The notes below the pieces were generated by a model. That model was given only the letters and a program-made list of their open reading frames with translations. It did not search any database and was not told the DNA's origin. Source: Planctomicrobium piriforme (lineage in GTDB: Bacteria > Planctomycetota > Planctomycetia > Pirellulales > UBA1268). From it: a stretch of 64,000 nucleotides of DNA. The translations under genes and the position numbers were made by a program. Below are positions 19,451-29,890 of this stretch, in pieces; positions within the stretch are counted from its first letter, which is position 1; each line of letters opens with the position of its first letter. The stretch covers positions 1,859 to 65,858 of the forward strand of contig CAMBUD010000006.1 of assembly GCA_945871035.1 (NCBI GenBank). The letters run 5' to 3'.

Positions 19451-21102
19451 TTCGCTGGTTGAGAGGAATCCTTAGCATTTTTTTCACAGGCCCGGACTTC
19501 GGCCAGTAGCTCTCGGAGTGTTGCAACTTTATCGGGGTGTTCGGCGTAAAGATTCTGCTTTTGAGCGAGGTCTGTTCGAAGGTTGTACAACTCACCCGGA
19601 AAGACATTCTGCGTGTAGCCGTTGGCTGCGTTGAACCACTCGGGCACCTCGCTGCCAGCGCCTGTTTTGGTATCAATTAAAACCCATTCGTTGTGCCGCA
19701 GCGCATAGCGATTGGGATTGGTATTGTGTACGAGCGTTTCTCGGGTTGTGGCCCCGATGCCTTTCAAGAGCGGCAACTGGTTAAGGCTATCCTCGGCCGA
19801 GCCTGCAGGAATGTCTGCGCCGATAATGGCCGCTACAGTTGCGAAGATATCGATTTGGCTGAGGAGACCATCCGATACGCTTCCAGTTGGAACAACCCCC
19901 GGCCAGCGCACGACAAACGGCACTCGATGCCCACCTTCCCAAAGATCGCGTTTGAGACCGCGCAGAGGACCCATGCTGCGATGACCCGATCGCCTCACCC
20001 GTTCATAAGCATAGAATTCTGGTCCGTTGTCTGCGCTGAAGATCACGAGAGTGTTGTCGGCAAAACCGTGGTGCTTGAGTGCAGCGAGCACCCGACCAAC
20101 GGTGGCATCGGTTTGCACCATGTAATCACCGTAGCCGTTCGCCTTTGAGAGCCCGACAAATTCGTCTGCCGGCACAATCGGAGCATGCGGTGACGTGAAT
20201 GGAAAATAGAGAAAAAAGGGCACCCCGTGTTTCTGTTGACCGATCCATGCCTCAGCCTTGGTCGTAAGCGTCGGCATCACCGCATAAAAATCCCAGCCAT
20301 CGACCGCCGGGCCTGGCCGTGCCTCCCACTCACCCTCCGCCGTTTTTTGGGTGAGAGTCAGATTGACGGTAGGCGGTGAGAGGACACGATCGTTCTCGAT
20401 CCATGCATACGGCGGAAAGTTGGGGACGTCATCGCCAAAGTAATAGTCGAACCCGTGCCCCAGCGGTCCGCCTGGAATCGGTTGCGACCAGTCGAAAGCT
20501 TGTGCGGCAGAGACAGATTTTTTTTGCTGGTTTAGCCGTGGCAGCAGTTCTGGCCTGCGAATCGCATCCCAGTTCCAACCCAGATGCCATTTGCCGATGC
20601 AAGCAGTGCGATAGCCAGTGGCGGCTAGCATCTCGGCCAGCGTTACGCGTTCTGTGTCCATCACGGACTGCTCAAACGAGTTGACGATTCCATAAAACTT
20701 TCGCCAGTGGTAGCGACCATGCAACAGCGCATAGCGACTCGGCGTGCAGATGCCGGAAGAGCTGTGGGCATCTGTAAAACGCATGCCTTCGCGGGCCAAG
20801 CAGTCGATGTGCGGCGTGGGAATCTTGGAGTCAGGATTCTGCACGCCAAGATCCCCAAACCCCATGTCATCGGCATAGAGAATGACGATGTTGGGGCGTT
20901 GCCGATTAGCCGCCTCGATAGCGGATAGAGCCGAGGAATCTGCCAGCAAGATCCCTAATGAAATGCTGACAAGCAGAGCCCAAGCCCAGCCACTCGGCTT
21001 CAATCGGACATAACAGGAGCGTGGGGTATTCGATGCGCCCATGCAGCCGATTATCACACAGATTAGTCGAAGAATCCAACGCGTTGTGCCAATGAGGCGC
21101 AC
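19447..21102 (-). CDS. Arylsulfatase (formylglycine-dependent, Cys-type)
   Basis: [17 protein letters not shown], and the [13 protein letters not shown] (CxPxR) FGly motif. N-terminal TM/signal segment. Confidence 0.9.
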   Translation of the reverse strand: MRLIGTTRWILRLICVIIGCMGASNTPRSCYVRLKPSGWAWALLVSISLGILLADSSALSAIEAANRQRPNIVILYADDMGFGDLGVQNPDSKIPTPHIDCLAREGMRFTDAHSSSGICTPSRYALLHGRYHWRKFYGIVNSFEQSVMDTERVTLAEMLAATGYRTACIGKWHLGWNWDAIRRPELLPRLNQQKKSVSAAQAFDWSQPIPGGPLGHGFDYYFGDDVPNFPPYAWIENDRVLSPPTVNLTLTQKTAEGEWEARPGPAVDGWDFYAVMPTLTTKAEAWIGQQKHGVPFFLYFPFTSPHAPIVPADEFVGLSKANGYGDYMVQTDATVGRVLAALKHHGFADNTLVIFSADNGPEFYAYERVRRSGHRSMGPLRGLKRDLWEGGHRVPFVVRWPGVVPTGSVSDGLLSQIDIFATVAAIIGADIPAGSAEDSLNQLPLLKGIGATTRETLVHNTNPNRYALRHNEWVLIDTKTGAGSEVPEWFNAANGYTQNVFPGELYNLRTDLAQKQNLYAEHPDKVATLRELLAEVRACEKNAKDSSQPAK

Positions 21103-21251
21103 GGGTCGCCTTGACCCATGCGCCGCCCGACCGCAAGAATGTTATTGTCATGTTCCCTCGGCCTGAGGACTGGCCTGTCCTTTGCTAGGGCCTTGTCTGC
21201 AGACTACTCAAAACTTACACCTCACAAAAGCCTGTTCAAGCAATCAATTCA

Positions 21252-24200
21252 ATGGAACAACTCGAACGTATTTGGGAATTATTATCGAACGTTGCTGCCG
21301 GTACGGGGACGCGACTGGAGCGTTTTCTCACGGGCCTTTTTGGTTCGTCAAATGCCCGTCATCTGCGCCGACTTGAGGCCAAGATCGAGGCCATTAATTC
21401 ACTGGAAGCGCGCTATCAGGCGATGACCGACGCAGAAATGCGAGGCCAAACTGTCGAATTCAAACGCCGTTTAGCTGCGGGCGAGACGATCGATGACTTG
21501 CTCGTAGAGGCGTTTGGGTTGTGCCGTGAGGCAGGTCGCCGTTTTCTCGCGATGCGACACTACGACGTGCAACTCATTGGCGGCATGGTGCTGCATTCGG
21601 GTGCCATCGCCGAAATGATTACTGGCGAAGGCAAAACTCTTGTGGCCACACTGCCTGCGTACCTCAATGCTCTCGATGGCAAGGGGGTGCATGTTGTCAC
21701 CGTGAACGACTACCTGGCTCGTCGCGACATGGAGTGGATGGGTCCGCTCTATCTAGGCTTAGGCCTGACGGTGGGGGCGATTCAATCGGGGATGGATTCA
21801 GGGGAACGGCAACAGTCGTATGCCTGCGATATTACTTACGGCACGAATAACGAATTTGGCTTTGACTACTTGCGGGATAATATGCGCATGGCTGCACGCG
21901 GTGACGACCGCTTTCCAAAGCACATGCAACAAAGCCAAGGCGTGCTCTCCTACGCCATCGTTGACGAAGTTGACAATATCCTGATCGATGAGGCCCGCAC
22001 ACCGCTTATCATTTCCGGTCCAGCGCACGACGACGTTACCAAATATGCGAGGGCGGATCAGATATCACGGCAATTGAAAGCGGATACGCACTTTGAGATT
22101 AAGGAAAAGGAACACACGGTTGCGTTGACCGAAGAGGGGGTGCGGCAGGCCGAAAAACTGGCGGGTGTCGAAAGTTTCTACACGGCCGGCAACATGGAGT
22201 GGCCGCACTTAATCGATAATTCGCTCAAGGCCCATCATCTCTATAAGCGTGACGTCAACTATGTCGTGCAGGGCGAAGAAGTGGTGATCGTCGACGAATT
22301 TACCGGTCGATTAATGCCAGGCCGACAGTGGTCTGATGGCCTGCATCAGGCTGTTGAAGCCAAAGAGGGTGTTCGCATAAAGGAGGAGTCCCAAACCCTT
22401 GCCACTGTTACGCTGCAAAACTTTTTTAAGCTCTATAAAAAACTGAGCGGCATGACCGGAACGGCGATGACAGAGGCGAATGAGTTTTGGAAGATATACA
22501 AACTCGACGTCATCGCAATTCCACCCAATCGGGGCATGAAGCGGGTAAACAGCCCCGACGTGATCTACCGTACCGAACGGGAAAAGTGGATCGCCGTAGC
22601 CGATGAAGTTGAGCGATTGCATCGCTGGGACGCGCTGGCACTGTCCGACGGCAGTTTTCGCATGGGACAGATTGTGCGAGAAAGCGATGCGGTGCTCGAG
22701 TTTGAGGAAAAAAACTCAAACAAGACCGAGTCTATCCCGCGCGGCAAGATCAAGGAGATTCAGCACAAGGGCTGTCCGGTGCTCGTTGGCACCGTGTCGA
22801 TCGAAAAAAGCGAACGGCTCTCATCGCTGTTGGAGAAGCGAGGAGTTCGTCACGAGGTGCTCAATGCCAAGCAGCACAAGCGTGAGGCAGAGATTATCTC
22901 ACAGGCCGGGCGACTGAATGCAGTCACGATTGCCACCAACATGGCGGGTCGCGGCACCGATATTATTTTGGGTGGAAACCCCGACACGATGGCCTGGTCA
23001 CAACTGCAAGACAAGTATGCAACGCGACTCGATGTGCCTCGATCGGAGTGGGATTTGCTCGTGAAGGAAATCTCGGCACGCGAGAATATGAAGATTCAGG
23101 GCGACCTCGTGCGCGATCTCGGCGGCTTGCACATCATCGGCACAGAGCGACACGAAGCAAGACGCATCGATCTGCAGCTTCGCGGCCGCTGCGGTCGGCA
23201 AGGAGATCCCGGTTCGAGTCGGTTTTTCCTCTCATTAGAGGATGACTTAATGCGCATCTTTGCCGGCGAATGGGTAAAGAATGTGCTCACCCGTCTCGGC
23301 ATGCAGGACGGCGAGGCGATCGAAAGCCGGATGGTAACCCGTCGAGTTGAGGCGGCACAAAAGAAGGTCGAGGAGCGCAACTTCGAGGTTCGAAAAAATC
23401 TGCTCGAATACGATGAGGTCATGGACGAACAGCGGAAGCGTGTGTATGGATTCCGACAACAGATTCTCGCCGGCACGGATTGCCGCGAGTTGATTGGCGA
23501 AATGGTCGAGCGGCAGATCGAACAAAACATCGGTACATTTCTCGACAAGGATTACGGTCCTCAGTCGTATGCCACATGGGCCGCGACTCAGTTAGCCTGC
23601 GAACTCGATGGCAACGATTACCGCGCTTTATCGCCACAGGAAGCAGAGCGACTGGCGGTGGACGAGGCCGTTCGCCAATCGGAAACTCAGATCTTTGAAG
23701 CGGTCGAAGAAAATCTGCCGCCCGATGAGGATCAGGAGGAGTGGAACTGGTCGGCCTTGGCAACCTTCTCCAACGTCCGTTGGAAAACATCGATATCTGA
23801 TCGCGATTTGAAGCGGGCTGGCCGTGATGGGGTGGCAGAACTTCTGCAAGAAAAAGTGCGTGAGGCAATCTTTAGGAATGATCTCTCCGATGGCGTGAAG
23901 TATCTTGCCCAAGACTTCGGCTTGCGTTCGGCCTACGGTTGGACAGAATGGCGATTTGGCGTGCCACTCAATGCGAGTGATCTTGAGCAGCTTGAAAAAA
24001 CTGGACACGATCCCCAAGCATTTAAGCAACTTGTGCGCATACAAGCGCGCGAGGTTTACTCTCGGCGCGAAGTAGAATATCCAGTGCTAGTAGGGCTATC
24101 GCATTTCTCTAGCCGCCAACCAGATGGTTCGCGACGGCTCGATCGCGAAGGGCTTCTAGCTTGGGCCCGCCAGCGGTTTGATCCAACGCTCGATGAGTCA

Positions 24201-24749
24201 TCGGTGGCTTCTGCTGATCTAGATGTCTTGCGAGCTACGCTCTCTGCAGTGAGTGATCGACGGCATGCTCTTGGCGGTGATGATCGTGATGAAATGAAAC
24301 GTATGGAGCGAGCGGTTCTGCTGCAGATCCTCGACAATGCTTGGAAAGACCATCTGTTGGCGATGGATCATCTGCGGTCGAGCGTTGGCCTGCGCGGCTA
24401 TGCACAGGTGGATCCCAAGGTCGAATTCAAACGTGAAGGCATGCGGACATTCGATCTGATGTGGAAGGGAATCGATGAACGTGTCACTGACATTGTCTAC
24501 CGTATCGAGCAGGTAGAGGACGATGCACTGCGAAGCACGTGGCGCGAGACCGCCGCCACTCATGCAGACGCTGCACCACTTCGGTTGCCTGACCAGGCAG
24601 CCGAAGCAGTGACCTCCGAAGAATCTCAGAATATTGAACCGATTCGCAATCTTGGGCAAAAGGTCGGTCGCAACGACCCCTGTCCCTGCGGCAGTGGCAG
24701 GAAGTTTAAAAACTGTTGTGCAAAATCGAATAGCATTCCGGCGGGATGA
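21252..24749 (+). CDS. secA: Preprotein translocase ATPase SecA (long form, 1165 aa)
   Basis: Walker A is MITGEGKTLVATLPAYLNAL. DEAD-like block is IVDEVDNILIDEARTPLIISG. Also TNMAGRGTDIILGG, and the C-terminal zinc finger CPCGSGRKFKNCC. Confidence 0.97.
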   Translation: MEQLERIWELLSNVAAGTGTRLERFLTGLFGSSNARHLRRLEAKIEAINSLEARYQAMTDAEMRGQTVEFKRRLAAGETIDDLLVEAFGLCREAGRRFLAMRHYDVQLIGGMVLHSGAIAEMITGEGKTLVATLPAYLNALDGKGVHVVTVNDYLARRDMEWMGPLYLGLGLTVGAIQSGMDSGERQQSYACDITYGTNNEFGFDYLRDNMRMAARGDDRFPKHMQQSQGVLSYAIVDEVDNILIDEARTPLIISGPAHDDVTKYARADQISRQLKADTHFEIKEKEHTVALTEEGVRQAEKLAGVESFYTAGNMEWPHLIDNSLKAHHLYKRDVNYVVQGEEVVIVDEFTGRLMPGRQWSDGLHQAVEAKEGVRIKEESQTLATVTLQNFFKLYKKLSGMTGTAMTEANEFWKIYKLDVIAIPPNRGMKRVNSPDVIYRTEREKWIAVADEVERLHRWDALALSDGSFRMGQIVRESDAVLEFEEKNSNKTESIPRGKIKEIQHKGCPVLVGTVSIEKSERLSSLLEKRGVRHEVLNAKQHKREAEIISQAGRLNAVTIATNMAGRGTDIILGGNPDTMAWSQLQDKYATRLDVPRSEWDLLVKEISARENMKIQGDLVRDLGGLHIIGTERHEARRIDLQLRGRCGRQGDPGSSRFFLSLEDDLMRIFAGEWVKNVLTRLGMQDGEAIESRMVTRRVEAAQKKVEERNFEVRKNLLEYDEVMDEQRKRVYGFRQQILAGTDCRELIGEMVERQIEQNIGTFLDKDYGPQSYATWAATQLACELDGNDYRALSPQEAERLAVDEAVRQSETQIFEAVEENLPPDEDQEEWNWSALATFSNVRWKTSISDRDLKRAGRDGVAELLQEKVREAIFRNDLSDGVKYLAQDFGLRSAYGWTEWRFGVPLNASDLEQLEKTGHDPQAFKQLVRIQAREVYSRREVEYPVLVGLSHFSSRQPDGSRRLDREGLLAWARQRFDPTLDESSVASADLDVLRATLSAVSDRRHALGGDDRDEMKRMERAVLLQILDNAWKDHLLAMDHLRSSVGLRGYAQVDPKVEFKREGMRTFDLMWKGIDERVTDIVYRIEQVEDDALRSTWRETAATHADAAPLRLPDQAAEAVTSEESQNIEPIRNLGQKVGRNDPCPCGSGRKFKNCCAKSNSIPAG

Positions 24750-24759
24750 TAGGCAAAGC

Positions 24760-26085
24760 GTGCTCAATCTCGTCTATTTGTTGGCGTTCCTGATTCTTCT
24801 TCCGTGGGTGGTGTGGCGGCGATTTTTCGGCGGTCGGCCTGTGGCGGCTCCTTGGTTGCGGTTGACTGGAAACATTCCCCCCCTGCCCGATCGCAGCGCG
24901 GGCGTCCGCCGCATTTGGATGCACGGCGTGAGCGTTGGCGAGGTGCAGTTGCTCGCAGTTTTGGCTCAAGAGATTGCAAAGCAGGCAGCAGCGACTGGTA
25001 CGGTGGTTGAGTGCGTCATTTCCAGTTCGACAATCACGGGCCTGGAACTAGCTGCTCGGCGTTTTGGTCGCGAACGCACCTTTGCCTGTCCGCTCGACTT
25101 TAGTTGGGCGGTGAACCGGGTGCTTGCTCGCGTTTCGCCTGATTTACTCGTACTGGGTGAACTCGAACTCTGGCCCAATCTACTCGCCTGCACGCATGCG
25201 AGAGGCATTCCCATCGTAGTTGCCAATGCGCGCATGAGTGAGCAGAGCGCGCGGGGCTACTCGCGGATTCGGCCAGTCGTTCGGTGGATGCTCAAAAAGG
25301 TGTCGCTTGTGCTTGCACGGTCGCAGGCCGATGCGGATCGGTTTATGGCCTTCGGCGCAACCGATGTCATTGTGACGGGGTCGATGAAGTTTGATGGCGT
25401 GAATGGGGATCGCAATGCGCCCGATGTTGTTCGCCTCAAACAACAGGCCGGCCTCACTGCTACAGACATTGTTTTTCTTGCCGGCAGCACACAGTCTCCA
25501 GAAGAACAGTGTGCCATCGATATCTTCTCATCGTTGCAGCGATCTCATCCATCGCTCAAACTGATTATTGTGCCAAGGCATGTTGAGCGTTGTGCTGAAA
25601 TTGAACAACTTCTTATCGAGGCGCAGTTGCCTTGGCAGGTTCGTAGCCAACTGGGCTTGGATGTCTACGATCAGGCCCCAGGTGCTGTTCGTGGTGGTAC
25701 GCCCCCGGCTCGCGTGCTGTTGGTAGACACAACTGGTGAACTGGTCTGGTGGTGGGGTACGGCAACGATCGCTTTTGTGGGTGGCAGTCTCGACGGTAAG
25801 CGTGGCGGACAGAATATGCTGGAGCCGGCGGCTTATGGGGCGGCGGTGTCGTTTGGTCCGCAGACACGCAATTTTAAGGACGAGGTGCAGCGACTGCTAG
25901 CGGCCGATGCTGCGCAGATTGTCACCGACAGGTGGGCGCTCAGGGAGTTTGTTGTGGGCTGTCTACAAGAGCCTCAGCGGGCAATCGATATGGGGCAGCG
26001 GGCAGCGGCATTGGTTGCTTCCCAGCGGGGTGCCACTGCCGCCACAGCGAGACGGGTGCTCCGGAGACTCACCGATTCCGTTTAA
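24760..26085 (+). CDS. waaA: 3-deoxy-D-manno-octulosonic acid (Kdo) transferase
   Basis: The N-terminal membrane anchor is followed by IWMHGVSVGEV (the WaaA signature xHxxSxGE), then GGSL..KRGGQNMLEPAAYG. I set the start at GTG 24760, 11 nt after the secA stop. The track ORF from 24634 overlaps secA. Confidence 0.85.
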   Translation: MLNLVYLLAFLILLPWVVWRRFFGGRPVAAPWLRLTGNIPPLPDRSAGVRRIWMHGVSVGEVQLLAVLAQEIAKQAAATGTVVECVISSSTITGLELAARRFGRERTFACPLDFSWAVNRVLARVSPDLLVLGELELWPNLLACTHARGIPIVVANARMSEQSARGYSRIRPVVRWMLKKVSLVLARSQADADRFMAFGATDVIVTGSMKFDGVNGDRNAPDVVRLKQQAGLTATDIVFLAGSTQSPEEQCAIDIFSSLQRSHPSLKLIIVPRHVERCAEIEQLLIEAQLPWQVRSQLGLDVYDQAPGAVRGGTPPARVLLVDTTGELVWWWGTATIAFVGGSLDGKRGGQNMLEPAAYGAAVSFGPQTRNFKDEVQRLLAADAAQIVTDRWALREFVVGCLQEPQRAIDMGQRAAALVASQRGATAATARRVLRRLTDSV

Positions 26086-26134
26086 TCTCGCGGTTGCCAT
26101 GATGGGCAACAATTTGGATAATGATTTTTCACAA

Positions 26135-26169
26135 GGCAGACGCCGTCTGCCCGTTTCTATAATTCTTTT
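26135..26169 (+). terminator. Candidate intrinsic terminator downstream of waaA
   Basis: A 7-bp perfect stem GGCAGAC-gcc-GTCTGCC (26135-26151) is followed by the T-rich CGTTTCTATAATTCTTTT. A TATAAT hexamer (26158-26163) in the tail could serve as the metK -10 element. Confidence 0.4.
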
Positions 26170-26184
26170 GGTGAGGCACTAGCC

Positions 26185-27363
26185 GTGGCACAAGGAAAGT
26201 ATCTGTTCACAAGTGAGTCAGTCAGTATGGGACATCCGGACAAGTTAGCCGATCAGATTTCTGACGGTGTGCTCGATGCCTATCTCGCTCAAGACTCGCG
26301 TAGCCGCGTGGCCTGCGAAACTCTTGTGACCACTGGCTTGGCTGTTGTGGCCGGCGAGATTACCTCACGCGGCACGATCGACTACCAACAGGTTGTGCGC
26401 GATGTCATTCGCTCCGTGGGTTACACCGATGACGAGATGGGAATCTCCGCTGACACCTGCTCGGTACTCGTTGCTGTCGGCAAGCAGAGTGGTGACATTG
26501 CATTAGGCGTGAATGAGGATGACAGCAAGGGGAAGGACATTGGGGCTGGTGACCAGGGCCTGATGTTTGGTTATGCCTGCAACGATACTCCAGAACTGAT
26601 GCCACTGCCGATTGCGCTGGCGCATCGTATCTTGAATCGGCTTACGGAGGCTCGTTTTAAGCAGGAAGTCGACTGGCTGCGACCAGATTCAAAGAGTCAA
26701 GTAACCATTGAATTCGATGGCAATCGTCCAGTGCGGGTTGATACGGTTGTTGTTTCCACGCAGCATGCGCCGCATGTTACCAATAAAGAAATTCACGATT
26801 TCGTTGTCAACAAGATCATCAACCCTCTTTTGCCCACTGATCTCGATACGAGTAACGTTATCTATCACATCAATCCAACGGGGCGATTTGTGGTGGGTGG
26901 TCCACACGGCGACTGTGGCCTCACCGGGCGCAAGATCATCGTCGATACGTATGGCGGTTGGGGGCGACACGGCGGCGGCGCGTTTTCAGGAAAGGATCCA
27001 ACAAAAGTCGATCGCAGTGCGGCCTATATGGCCAGACATGTTGCAAAAAATATCGTTGCCGCCGGCTTAGCTGAACGATGTGAACTCCAGCTAGCCTATG
27101 CCATTGGCATCAGTGATCCGGTAAGCGTGCACGTTGACACTGAGGGCACCGGTCGTATCGACGACCAGCGACTCTGCGAAGTAGTGCGCGAGTTTTTCAC
27201 GCTTACACCTCGAGGAATTATCGACTACCTCGATCTGCGGCGACCGATTTACCGTCTGACTGCCGCCGGTGGCCACTTTGGCCGTGACGGTTTTTCTTGG
27301 GAGCAGACTGACCGTGCTCAGGCTCTGGCAGAAACTGCTGGTGCAAGTGTGGCGGTAGGCTGA
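26185..27363 (+). CDS. metK: S-adenosylmethionine synthetase
   Basis: [32 protein letters not shown] and the [19 protein letters not shown] signature. GTG start with GGTGAGG 8 nt upstream. Confidence 0.97.
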   Translation: MAQGKYLFTSESVSMGHPDKLADQISDGVLDAYLAQDSRSRVACETLVTTGLAVVAGEITSRGTIDYQQVVRDVIRSVGYTDDEMGISADTCSVLVAVGKQSGDIALGVNEDDSKGKDIGAGDQGLMFGYACNDTPELMPLPIALAHRILNRLTEARFKQEVDWLRPDSKSQVTIEFDGNRPVRVDTVVVSTQHAPHVTNKEIHDFVVNKIINPLLPTDLDTSNVIYHINPTGRFVVGGPHGDCGLTGRKIIVDTYGGWGRHGGGAFSGKDPTKVDRSAAYMARHVAKNIVAAGLAERCELQLAYAIGISDPVSVHVDTEGTGRIDDQRLCEVVREFFTLTPRGIIDYLDLRRPIYRLTAAGGHFGRDGFSWEQTDRAQALAETAGASVAVG

Positions 27364-28212
27364 GTGTTGATGCCGTTTATCGCAGTGGCTTCGCCAAAAA
27401 GAACCGATTCGCTCGAGAGCCTTTTGATCGGGATAGCCGCTTCGTTTGCTGGATCAGCGGCAATAGTATGTGGTGGCATTCTGGTCCTCCGCCGGCTGTC
27501 GGGAGCAATTGTCGCAATTCCTGGACCCTTTGGGTGCTTCGCCGTGTGTGCTGCAGGGATCGTTCTAATCGCTGTCACCGATGGAGCATCTCGCAATGTG
27601 TCATCAACCATCGGAAGCGTTTTGGGTTCGATTGCCTCTCGGGTCGGCCTTGTTTTAGCACTGATCGCAACTTCTTTACCGTTTGGTACAGAAACTCTAG
27701 GGGATAGAGCGGGAGTGGCGTTAGCCGCAATCTGTGCGAGCGTGGCCATTGTGCATCCGCTGGTGGGTCGTGCGATTGGCACTGTTGTGCAGCTTCAGCG
27801 GTATCTGGCCCCTGTGAAAAAGAATAGCCGCTTGCGATCGGCTGCAAGGGGCTCGGCTGCAAGGGGAACGGTTGAAATTCTGCCGATACAATCCGATCGG
27901 GATGACCGTACGGATCACATCTTACAGCGATTAGAGCGGTATGAAACAGCTGATGGCGTGGATTGCTTGCGGAGTCGGCTGTGTCTGACGGTGCCTGCGG
28001 GCATGCGCACCGCTTATGGACACATTGGATTTTGTCCGCCGTTTGCAGAAACGCCCTCCGTTGTGTTGACAACCGACTACGATGGGGTCGAGGCTATGCT
28101 CTCGGCCGCAGAGGTCTTGCCGTGGGGGGTTCGTGTCGAATGCCGCCTCGATGAGCCGGCGGAGGAAGAGTTCGAAATCCCGATCGATATCTTTGTGCGC
28201 ATGCCCAGTTGA
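27364..28212 (+). CDS. Hypothetical membrane protein (4-5 predicted TM segments plus a roughly 110-aa soluble C-terminal domain)
   Basis: 282-aa ORF starting directly after the metK stop. Hydrophobic Gly/Ala-rich segments are followed by a charged C-terminal part. No recognised motif. Confidence 0.5.
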   Translation: MLMPFIAVASPKRTDSLESLLIGIAASFAGSAAIVCGGILVLRRLSGAIVAIPGPFGCFAVCAAGIVLIAVTDGASRNVSSTIGSVLGSIASRVGLVLALIATSLPFGTETLGDRAGVALAAICASVAIVHPLVGRAIGTVVQLQRYLAPVKKNSRLRSAARGSAARGTVEILPIQSDRDDRTDHILQRLERYETADGVDCLRSRLCLTVPAGMRTAYGHIGFCPPFAETPSVVLTTDYDGVEAMLSAAEVLPWGVRVECRLDEPAEEEFEIPIDIFVRMPS

Positions 28213-28254
28213 CGCTTCACGATTTTCTAGCCGTTCTCTAGCAGTTCTTGCCCA

Positions 28255-28368
28255 ATGGCACGCTGGCCGAATCATCTTTGGACAACACTTTTCACCTATG
28301 GCGTGATCTTCGTCGGCTTTCCGTTACTGTGTTATCTCTTCTCGCTGTGGGTGCGCAGCAGCTTGTAG
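28255..28368 (+). CDS. Possible small membrane protein (37 aa, one TM segment); below the ORF-track size cutoff
   Basis: My own translation is MARWPNHLWTTLFTYGVIFVGFPLLCYLFSLWVRSSL*. It sits in an otherwise empty 205-bp intergenic region. No clear SD. Speculative. Confidence 0.2.
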   Translation: MARWPNHLWTTLFTYGVIFVGFPLLCYLFSLWVRSSL

Positions 28369-28417
28369 TCGTGTCGTTCCAGAGCGGTAAGGATGCCCTG
28401 AAAGTCAGTGGCTGATT

Positions 28418-29875
28418 ATGAATTTTCCTGCAGCGTTGCGTGTGCGTCTTGAGCAGGCCGGGCAGGCCCACGTGCTGCAATTCTGGAGCCAGCTCACTGC
28501 CCAATCGCAGCATGATTTTAGCCAGCAACTTTTAGCAATCGACTGGCAAGAGTTGGCAGAACTGCGCCGGCTGATTGCTGTTCGTAAAGAAACTGATTCT
28601 GTCCGAACAGCCGACGACCAAGTGCAACTTGCTGACGATCTGTCGACCGCCGTGACGCCCTCTTGCCTCCGATTGAGAGACGCAGGGAATCGACCCACGC
28701 CAGTTGATGCGATTGCCTGCGGCAGCAGTGCTTTGCGGGCAGGACGCATCGGCGCTATTATGATGGCTGGAGGTCAGGGTTCCCGACTCGGCTGCGCGGG
28801 ACCAAAGGGACTCTATAAAGTAGGCTCTCTCTCCGAAGCAAGTCTGTTCGAATTGTTGCTTGGAAAACTTGTTGCCGTGAAGCGACGGTACGGCTGTGAT
28901 GTGCCATTGGCAATCATGACCAGTTCGGCCACCGATACTCAGACGCGACAGTTTCTTGACGACCATGCACATTGCGGGCTCAATCCTGCCGCCGTGTTTA
29001 TCTTTTGTCAGCGAGATCTTCCCGCCCTCAGTCCAGCCACGGGGTGCCTACTGCTGGAAGCACCTGATCGGCTCGCGATGGCGCCTGACGGCCACGGAGG
29101 CATGCTTACGGCCTTGGCAAGCTCGAGAGGGCTCGACTGGTTTGCTCGGCAAGGTGTCGAACACATCGTGAGTTTTCAGGTCGATAATCCACTGGCGCTG
29201 CCGTTGGATCCGGAGTTCCTAGGCTACCACTTGCTTACAAAAGCCGATTTCTCCACGCAGGTGGTCCACAAAAAAGATCCTGCCGAACGCGTCGGCGTAG
29301 TGGTAAAAATGTACGGTGTCAGCCGCGTGATTGAATACAGCGACTTGCCGGTGGCACTCGCTGCTGAGCGATTGTCAGACGGAAGGCTGCGGCTTCACGC
29401 CGGTAGCATCGGAGTGCATGCGTTTTCGCAGAAGTTTCTCGACAAAGCGGCTGCCCGCAGCGACTCCCTCCCGCTGCATCTAGCCCTGAAGACGGTTGCC
29501 GTCTTCGATAACGCTGGCAATCCGGCCGTCTCGAGCACACCCAATGCCTTCAAGTTCGAGCGATTCATCTTCGATTTAATGCCATTGGCCACGCAGGTGT
29601 GCGTCATTGAGATTGATGCGGCAGAGGGTTTTGCGCCGCTTAAAAATCGACCTGGATCTGCTAGCGATGCTCTCGAACACGTTCGTGCGGCGCTTTTAAG
29701 TCATGCCCGCCATATTCTGCAAAAAGCAGGCGTCTCCGTAGCTGAAGGCGTTTCTGTAGAAATAGACTCGGCAAGCATTGTGGACGAGGATGACATTGCG
29801 CGTCTATTTGCGCCAGGGGCACACATCGACTACCCTCTCATTATCAGCAACTCAAATCTTACTGAACCAAAATAA
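28418..29875 (+). CDS. UDP-sugar / UDP-N-acetylhexosamine pyrophosphorylase of the eukaryote-type UDPGP (UAP1/USP) family
   Basis: AGQAHVLQFW N-terminal block, the nucleotide-binding loop MMAGGQGSRLGCAGPKGLY, and PDGHGG and VDNPL blocks. These are typical of PF01704-type enzymes rather than GlmU or GalU. Confidence 0.75.
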   Translation: MNFPAALRVRLEQAGQAHVLQFWSQLTAQSQHDFSQQLLAIDWQELAELRRLIAVRKETDSVRTADDQVQLADDLSTAVTPSCLRLRDAGNRPTPVDAIACGSSALRAGRIGAIMMAGGQGSRLGCAGPKGLYKVGSLSEASLFELLLGKLVAVKRRYGCDVPLAIMTSSATDTQTRQFLDDHAHCGLNPAAVFIFCQRDLPALSPATGCLLLEAPDRLAMAPDGHGGMLTALASSRGLDWFARQGVEHIVSFQVDNPLALPLDPEFLGYHLLTKADFSTQVVHKKDPAERVGVVVKMYGVSRVIEYSDLPVALAAERLSDGRLRLHAGSIGVHAFSQKFLDKAAARSDSLPLHLALKTVAVFDNAGNPAVSSTPNAFKFERFIFDLMPLATQVCVIEIDAAEGFAPLKNRPGSASDALEHVRAALLSHARHILQKAGVSVAEGVSVEIDSASIVDEDDIARLFAPGAHIDYPLIISNSNLTEPK

Positions 29876-29890
29876 AATAGGATATCATCC

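Noticed and set aside
24634-24759. N-terminal extension of waaA overlapping the secA zinc-finger codons.
   Set aside because: The WaaA membrane anchor begins at VLNLVYLLAF. The upstream part is in-frame read-through of the secA 3' end, so the GTG 24760 start is preferred.
26086-26184. SAM riboswitch upstream of metK.
   Set aside because: Only 99 nt are available. The region contains two short hairpins that are better explained as the waaA terminator. I could not recognise a SAM-I, SAM-II or SAM-V consensus core.
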